DNA from: Cereibacter sphaeroides 2.4.1
Lineage (GTDB): Bacteria > Pseudomonadota > Alphaproteobacteria > Rhodobacterales > Rhodobacteraceae
Direction: 5' to 3'
DNA: 32,000 nt
Assembly (NCBI RefSeq): GCF_000012905.2
Contig: NC_007493.2
Span: forward strand, 30,001-62,000
The first letter of the stretch is position 1; the number at the start of each line of letters is the position of its first letter. The notes below the pieces were generated by a model that was given only the letters and a program-made list of their open reading frames with translations, was not told the DNA's origin and made no database searches. Below are positions 27,047-32,000 of the stretch, piece by piece. The position numbers and the translations under genes are program-made.

Positions 27047-27337
27047 ATGAGACTTTCCGTCCTGCTGGCCGCGCTCGCGCTGGGATCCGCGCTGGCCGCG
27101 CCGGTCGAGGCTGCCTGCTTTGCCGATTACAAGGCCAAGCAGGACCGCCCCCTGCGCCTGCATTACGGCGTGGCGAAGGTTCCGGACGGGGCCTGCAACC
27201 GCAAGGGCGCCACGCGCGTTCTGAAGCCGCGCCTGCAGCAGGCAGGCTGGACGCTCCTGAACGTCCTCTCGACGTTCGGACCCGAGGGACTGGACGAAAG
27301 GAAAGCGAGTGCGGGAAGCTACTTCCTCCGCTACTGA
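27047..27337 (+). CDS. small secreted protein (96 aa, two Cys), unknown function
   Basis: GGAG lies 7 nt before the ATG. Signal peptide MRLSVLLAALALGSALAAPVEA. Mature part is ACFADYKAKQDRPLRLHYGV..GWTLLNVLSTF..AGSYFLRY. Confidence 0.6.
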   Translation: MRLSVLLAALALGSALAAPVEAACFADYKAKQDRPLRLHYGVAKVPDGACNRKGATRVLKPRLQQAGWTLLNVLSTFGPEGLDERKASAGSYFLRY

Positions 27338-28013
27338 CGCGCTCAGAGCCGGCAACCGCGTGGTGGCCGGCGGCATCTCGGCCATCGTGCTGATCCTCGC
27401 CGCCGCCGCCGTGTTTCTCTTCCTCAACCTGCCCGATGCCGACGCGTTCAACGCGCGGGTCGAGCGGCTGTTCGTCGAGGTGGATGCGCTGCGCTCGGGG
27501 CCCGAGATCCGGCTGCTCGAGATCCTCGCCCAGTCCGGCACCACCTTCTCGGAGGTGCTGGCGAGTTACCGCACGGTGATCTTCGTGCTGCTCGTCTTCT
27601 CGACCTCGCTTCTGGTGGCCGCGCTGGTGCTGCTCGTCACCATCGTGGCGCTGAACCGGCGGATGTCGGCGATCCAGCGCTCGGGGATCCAGGTGGCATC
27701 GCTGATGATCAGCCGCGAGAGCCGGTCGGTCTTCATCAACGACATGGAATTCAGCCTGACCGAGGCCGCCATCGAGACGCTCTCGGTGCTGGCCGAGGCC
27801 CGGATGGACGATGACATGCTGTCGGGAGCGCAGATCGAGGCGGTGATCTCGGGCAAGAACGTGACCGACTGCGACGAGGCCGCGGGCGCCACGCGCGTGA
27901 AGCGGCTGCGCGACGCGCTGGGCAACCAGCTCGTGAGCGAACTGCTCGTCAAGACCGTCGCGCGCCGCGGCTACATGCTGGCGGTGGAGAAGGACGTCAT
28001 CCGCATGGTCTGA
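27309..28013 (+). CDS. membrane-anchored transcriptional regulator: two predicted TM helices followed by a C-terminal OmpR/PhoB-type winged helix
   Basis: GTG at 27309 lies 6 nt after AGGAAAG and overlaps the upstream gene by 29 nt. An alternative GTG exists at 27360. Hydrophobic segments are VVAGGISAIVLILAAAAVFLFL and VIFVLLVFSTSLLVAALVLLVTIVAL. The C-terminus (FINDMEFSLTEAAIETLSVLA..LSGAQIE..VKRLRDALG..VKTVARRGYML) fits Trans_reg_C. Confidence 0.65.
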   Translation: MREATSSATDALRAGNRVVAGGISAIVLILAAAAVFLFLNLPDADAFNARVERLFVEVDALRSGPEIRLLEILAQSGTTFSEVLASYRTVIFVLLVFSTSLLVAALVLLVTIVALNRRMSAIQRSGIQVASLMISRESRSVFINDMEFSLTEAAIETLSVLAEARMDDDMLSGAQIEAVISGKNVTDCDEAAGATRVKRLRDALGNQLVSELLVKTVARRGYMLAVEKDVIRMV

Positions 28014-28038
28014 GGCGCGTCCTTCCATGGGCGCACCC

Positions 28039-28410
28039 TCAGGTCTTCGGCTCGACCTCTTCGGGTTGGAGATCGTAGGCCGTGCCGTCGATGGTGACGC
28101 GCAGGGCCTCCATCCGGTTCGCGCCATCCGCGGCGCGGAGGCCGAGGACATGCACCGCCACCCCGGGTTGCGCCGTCTCGGCATCGAGGCCGGCCCGCTC
28201 CATCCGCTCGGGCTCGCCGAGGTCGATGATCCAGCGCGCGCCGTCGGGGGCCAGCAGCTCGAGCTGCGGCGGCGGCGTCATCGAGATCGACTGCAGCTCG
28301 CCCGTCACCTGCGCCTTCTGCTCCCCTGTCTGGGATCCGCCCTCCTGGGCGAAGGCTGCGGTGGTGGCGAGGACGGCGGCAAGGGCCAGTCCGAGGCGGG
28401 GAAAGGTCAT
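28039..28410 (-). CDS. small secreted protein (124 aa), unknown function
   Basis: I use the ATG at 28410, after GGAGA. Signal peptide MTFPRLGLALAAVLATTAAFAQ. The mature part has a beta-rich pattern (VTGELQSISM..WIIDLGEP..VAVHVLGL..LRVTIDGTAYDL). Confidence 0.55.
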   Translation of the reverse strand: MTFPRLGLALAAVLATTAAFAQEGGSQTGEQKAQVTGELQSISMTPPPQLELLAPDGARWIIDLGEPERMERAGLDAETAQPGVAVHVLGLRAADGANRMEALRVTIDGTAYDLQPEEVEPKT

Positions 28411-28554
28411 GGCGGTTCTCCGTTCTGGGTTCTTCCCCAACGTCCGAAACGCGCCTTCGGGTCGCCCCGCGGCCATCACGGGTTCTTGAGCGGAACGGCT
28501 GGAGCCGAAAAATGTGCGCGCAGGCCCGGCTGTCATGTCTGCGCCGCAAAAGCC

Positions 28555-28583
28555 TTGCATCAGGGGGGGGGTGGCCCTATACG
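28555..28583 (+). promoter_or_regulatory. candidate promoter TTGCAT-N17-TATACG for the polyamine operon, with a G9 tract in the spacer
   Basis: TTGCAT at 28555-28560 and TATACG at 28578-28583. Nine consecutive G occupy 28563-28571. The nspC ATG lies 31 nt downstream. Confidence 0.35.
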
Positions 28584-28613
28584 CCCCCGTTCTTCCTTCT
28601 CGCGGGGGGTCTC

Positions 28614-29711
28614 ATGATCCAGACACCTTACTATCTGATCGACGCGGACAGGCTGCGGCAGAACATGGCGGTCGTGGACCGGCTGCGGCAGGCCTCGGGA
28701 GCGAAGGCGCTTCTGGCGCTGAAATGCTTCGCCACCTGGCCCGCCTTCGAGCATATGCGCGACCATATGGACGGCACGACCTCCTCGTCGCTCTACGAGC
28801 TGCGGCTCGGGCGCGAGAAGTTCGGCAAGGAGACTCACGCCTATTCGGTGGCCTGGCCCGATCACGAGATCGACGAGGCCGTGGGTTATGCCGACAAGAT
28901 CATCTTCAACTCGGTGGGCCAGCTCGCGCGCTTCCGCAACCGCACCGGGGGCATCGCCCGCGGGCTGCGGCTGAACCCGGGGCTCTCGACCTCGGGCTTC
29001 GACCTGGCCGATCCGGCGCGGCCCTTCTCGCGGTTGGGCGAATGGAGCGCGGAGAAGATCGAGGCGGTGCTGCCCGACATCTCGGGCGTGATGATCCATT
29101 ACAATTGCGAGAATGCCGATGTCGACCTGTTCGAACGGCAGCTCTCCGAGATCGAGGGCCGCTTCGGCGCGATCCTCGACCGGCTGGACTGGGTGAGCCT
29201 CGGCGGCGGCATCCATTTCACGGGCGAGGGCTATCCGGTGGACCGGCTGGCCGCGCGGCTGAAGGCCTTCGCCGCGGCGCATGGGGTGCAGGTCTATCTC
29301 GAGCCGGGCGAGGCCGCGATCACGCGCTCGGCCACGCTCGAGGTGACGGTGCTGGACCTGCTCGACAACGGCAAGCAGCTGGCCATCGTGGACAGCTCGG
29401 TCGAGGCGCACATGCTGGATCTGCTGATCTACCGGCAGTCGGCCAAGGTTGAACCCGACGCCGGAGATCATAGCTACATGGTCTGCGGCAAGTCCTGCCT
29501 TGCGGGGGACATCTTCGGCGAGTTCCGGTTCGCCCAGCCGCTGCAGGTGGGCGACCGCCTCTCCATCGCGGATGCCGCGGGCTACACGATGGTGAAGAAG
29601 AACTGGTTCAACGGGGTGAAGATGCCCTCGATCGTGATCCGCGAGCCCGACGGATCGCTGCGCGTGGCGCGCGAGTTCGGCTATGGCGACTATGCCTCGA
29701 GCCTCGGCTGA
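28614..29711 (+). CDS. nspC: carboxynorspermidine/carboxyspermidine decarboxylase
   Basis: 365 aa from the ATG at 28614. MIQTPYYLID, ALKCFATW, GTTSSSLYE and GKSCLAGDIFG are typical of NspC. Confidence 0.9.
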   Translation: MIQTPYYLIDADRLRQNMAVVDRLRQASGAKALLALKCFATWPAFEHMRDHMDGTTSSSLYELRLGREKFGKETHAYSVAWPDHEIDEAVGYADKIIFNSVGQLARFRNRTGGIARGLRLNPGLSTSGFDLADPARPFSRLGEWSAEKIEAVLPDISGVMIHYNCENADVDLFERQLSEIEGRFGAILDRLDWVSLGGGIHFTGEGYPVDRLAARLKAFAAAHGVQVYLEPGEAAITRSATLEVTVLDLLDNGKQLAIVDSSVEAHMLDLLIYRQSAKVEPDAGDHSYMVCGKSCLAGDIFGEFRFAQPLQVGDRLSIADAAGYTMVKKNWFNGVKMPSIVIREPDGSLRVAREFGYGDYASSLG

Positions 29712-29747
29712 GGCGCTTCCCTCTGTCCTGGAAGGAGACGGTTCGAA

Positions 29748-30986
29748 GTGAAGAAGAACGTGTTGATCATCGGTGCCGGCGGCGTCGCACAGGTGGTGGC
29801 GCACAAATGCGCGCAGAACAATGACGTGCTGGGCGACCTGCACATCGCTTCGCGCACGGTCTCGAAATGCGAGGCGATCATCGCCTCGGTGCACGAGAAG
29901 GGCGCGATGAAGGTGGCGGGCCGGTTCGAGCCGCATGCGGTCGATGCGACGGACACGGCCGCGGTGGCGGCGCTGATCCGCGGGACCGGCGCGGAGATCG
30001 TGATCAACGTGGGCTCCGCCTTCGTCAACATGCCCGTGCTCGAGGCCTGTCTGGAGACCGGCGCCGCCTACATGGATACGGCGATCCACGAGGATCCGGC
30101 GAAGATCTGCGAGACGCCGCCGTGGTACGGCAACTACGAATGGAAGCGGCGCGAGCGCTGCGCCGAGGCGGGTGTCACCGCGATCCTGGGCGTGGGCTTC
30201 GACCCGGGGGTGGTGAACGCCTATGCGCGGCTGGCGGCGGACGAGTACCTCGACGAGGTGCGCTCGATCGACATCGTCGACATCAACGCGGGCAGCCACG
30301 GGCGCTGGTTCTCGACCAACTTCGATCCGGAGATCAATTTCCGCGAATTCACCGGGACGGTCTATTCCTGGCAGAACGGCGACTGGCAGTCGAACCGCAT
30401 GTTCGAGGTGGGGCAGGAGTTCGACCTGCCGGTGGTGGGCAAGCAGCAGGCCTACATGACCGGCCATGACGAGGTCCATTCGCTGGCGGCCAACTATCCG
30501 CAGGCGGACGTGCGCTTCTGGATGGGGTTCTCGGACCATTACATCAATGTCTTTACCGTGCTGAAGAATCTCGGGCTTCTGTCCGAGAAGCCGGTCAGGA
30601 CCGCCGAGGGGCTCGAGGTCGTGCCGCTGAAGGTGGTGAAGGCCGTGCTGCCCGATCCGTCCTCGCTCGCGCCCGACTATACCGGCAAGACCTGCATCGG
30701 CGATATCGTGAAGGGGACGAAGGACGGCCAGCCCGCCGAGGTCTTCATCTACAACGTGGCCGACCATGCCGAGGCCTATGCCGAAGTGGGCTCGCAGGGG
30801 ATTTCCTACACCGCGGGCGTGCCGCCGGTGGCGGCGGCGATCCTCGTGGCCGAGGGCACCTGGGATGTGAGGAAGATGGCCAATGTCGAGGAGCTGGATC
30901 CGAAGCCCTTCCTCGCGCTGCTGAACCGGATGGGGCTGCCCACGCGGATCAAGGATGCGGCGGGGGATCGGGCGCTCGAGTTCTGA
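29748..30986 (+). CDS. carboxynorspermidine/carboxyspermidine dehydrogenase (saccharopine-dehydrogenase family)
   Basis: GTG start 9 nt after GAAGGAGA. The Rossmann motif VLIIGAGGVAQVVAHK is followed by a CANSDH-like body (PPWYGNYEW, GFDPGVVNAY, YSWQNG). Confidence 0.9.
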   Translation: MKKNVLIIGAGGVAQVVAHKCAQNNDVLGDLHIASRTVSKCEAIIASVHEKGAMKVAGRFEPHAVDATDTAAVAALIRGTGAEIVINVGSAFVNMPVLEACLETGAAYMDTAIHEDPAKICETPPWYGNYEWKRRERCAEAGVTAILGVGFDPGVVNAYARLAADEYLDEVRSIDIVDINAGSHGRWFSTNFDPEINFREFTGTVYSWQNGDWQSNRMFEVGQEFDLPVVGKQQAYMTGHDEVHSLAANYPQADVRFWMGFSDHYINVFTVLKNLGLLSEKPVRTAEGLEVVPLKVVKAVLPDPSSLAPDYTGKTCIGDIVKGTKDGQPAEVFIYNVADHAEAYAEVGSQGISYTAGVPPVAAAILVAEGTWDVRKMANVEELDPKPFLALLNRMGLPTRIKDAAGDRALEF

Positions 30987-31008
30987 GCTTTCCCTCATGA
31001 TCGGATCG

Positions 31009-31041
31009 GGCCCGGTCGCTTCGGCGGCGGGCCTTTCTCTT
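31009..31041 (+). terminator. intrinsic terminator after the polyamine operon
   Basis: GGCCCG..CGC-TTCG-GCG..CGGGCC forms a stem with a UUCG tetraloop, followed by TTTCTCTT. It starts 23 nt after the stop codon. Confidence 0.55.
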
Positions 31042-31178
31042 GGGCAACCCGCCGGGGCTCTGCCCCGGACCCCGGGATATTTGGGCAGAGTGAAAGGCGG
31101 ACGGGCGCGGCGGTCTGCGGTGGCTCAAACGGCTCTCAGCAGGAAGCCTGCGCCCGGGGGGCTCGGACGGCTCGGCAG

Positions 31179-32000
31179 TCAGGCGGTTCTGCGGCGGCGG
31201 ATGGGATCGGCGAGAAGGCGCAGGCCGTTCAGGACCACGAGGACGGTGCCGCCTTCGTGGCCGATGACCGCGAGCGGCAAGGGCAGATCGAGGAAGAGAC
31301 CGGAGAGGACGAGGGTCACCATCGCGCCCATCGCGAAGACGAGGTTCTGGCGGATGATCCGGGCCGTCCGCCGCGACAGCCGGTGCGCAAGGGCGAGCCG
31401 GCCGATGTCCTCGGACAGAAGCGCCACGTCGGCCGCCTGAAGCGCCACTTCGGAGCCCGCGGCCCCCATGGCGATCCCCACATCGGCGCGGGCCAGCGCT
31501 GCGGCATCGTTGACCCCGTCACCCACGAAGGCCACTCTGCCCTGGGCAGCGAGCTCGGCCACGATGCGGACCTTGTCCTCGGGCAGGAGGTCGGCCCGGA
31601 TCTCGTCGGGCCCGATCCCGAGGCCGGCGCCGATCCGGTCGGCCACGGCGCGGCGGTCGCCGGTCAGCATGGCGATGCGCCGGACGCCCGACTGCCGGAG
31701 GGCGGCGATGCCGGGGCCCGCACTGTCTCGCGGCCGGTCGGCCACGGTGAGGGCGCCCAGAAGCCGCGCGCCGCGGCCGAGGAGCACCAGCGTCTCGGCG
31801 CCGCGGTGCAGGGCCGAGACCGAGGCGGAGGGTTCGGCGGGCGTGCTGCGCGCGCCCATCCGCGCGGCCAGTCGGGCATTGCCGGCCCAGATCATGCCCT
31901 CGTCATCCACCCCCACCATGCCTTCGCCGGGCACGGCCCGCGCCTCGCGCACGGGGAAGGGCTGCAGGCCCCGCGCCTCGGCCGCGCGGCGGATCGCATC
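31179..32000 (-). CDS. P1B-type heavy-metal-translocating ATPase, C-terminal part (5' end lies outside the window)
   Basis: The frame is open to nt 32000. Motifs MLTGD, GDGVNDAAALARADVGIAMG and the two terminal TM helices are present. Confidence 0.85.
   Translation of the reverse strand, partial: DAIRRAAEARGLQPFPVREARAVPGEGMVGVDDEGMIWAGNARLAARMGARSTPAEPSASVSALHRGAETLVLLGRGARLLGALTVADRPRDSAGPGIAALRQSGVRRIAMLTGDRRAVADRIGAGLGIGPDEIRADLLPEDKVRIVAELAAQGRVAFVGDGVNDAAALARADVGIAMGAAGSEVALQAADVALLSEDIGRLALAHRLSRRTARIIRQNLVFAMGAMVTLVLSGLFLDLPLPLAVIGHEGGTVLVVLNGLRLLADPIRRRRTA

Overview
High-GC (roughly two-thirds G+C by eye) alphaproteobacterial chromosomal DNA. Gene content and protein sequences look Rhodobacteraceae-like (Cereibacter/Rhodobacter type), which is an inference I could not check by search. 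I support about 29 protein-coding genes. I found no rRNA, tRNA, CRISPR array, IS element or transposase. Left to right: a partial SIS-domain gene, ltaE, a DeoR regulator and an IMPase/HisN-like phosphatase. Next is an 8.5-kb translationally coupled operon (family-5 solute-binding protein, two permeases, fused double ATPase, M20/AmaB-type amidohydrolase, two tandem paralogous APH/choline-kinase-like kinases). A 1.18-kb stretch with no credible gene follows. Then come a lone imuB with a GTTC-N7-GTTC SOS box directly in front of its start codon, an I78-inhibitor lipoprotein and a NYN+LOTUS protein. Then DUF4170-waaA-lpxK, a minus-strand DUF721(DciA-like)-dsbA-CoA-transferase operon, mutY, an AlkB-type membrane hydroxylase, ccrM and rnhB. 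A small cluster of exported proteins surrounds a membrane-anchored OmpR-type winged-helix protein. The window ends with nspC plus carboxy(nor)spermidine dehydrogenase and the 3' part of a P1B-type heavy-metal ATPase. The observations I rate highest are: (i) imuB has no imuA upstream, and an unexplained non-coding gap sits where dnaE2 is normally found; (ii) the transporter-amidohydrolase-double-kinase operon has no obvious substrate and a degenerate first ATPase domain; (iii) the two-TM, C-terminal winged-helix regulator is flanked by small secreted proteins; (iv) GANTC methylation sites cluster in the ccrM and imuB promoter regions; (v) a G9 homopolymer lies in the predicted nspC promoter spacer. 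All functional calls come from reading the translations and recognising motifs. No database search was run.
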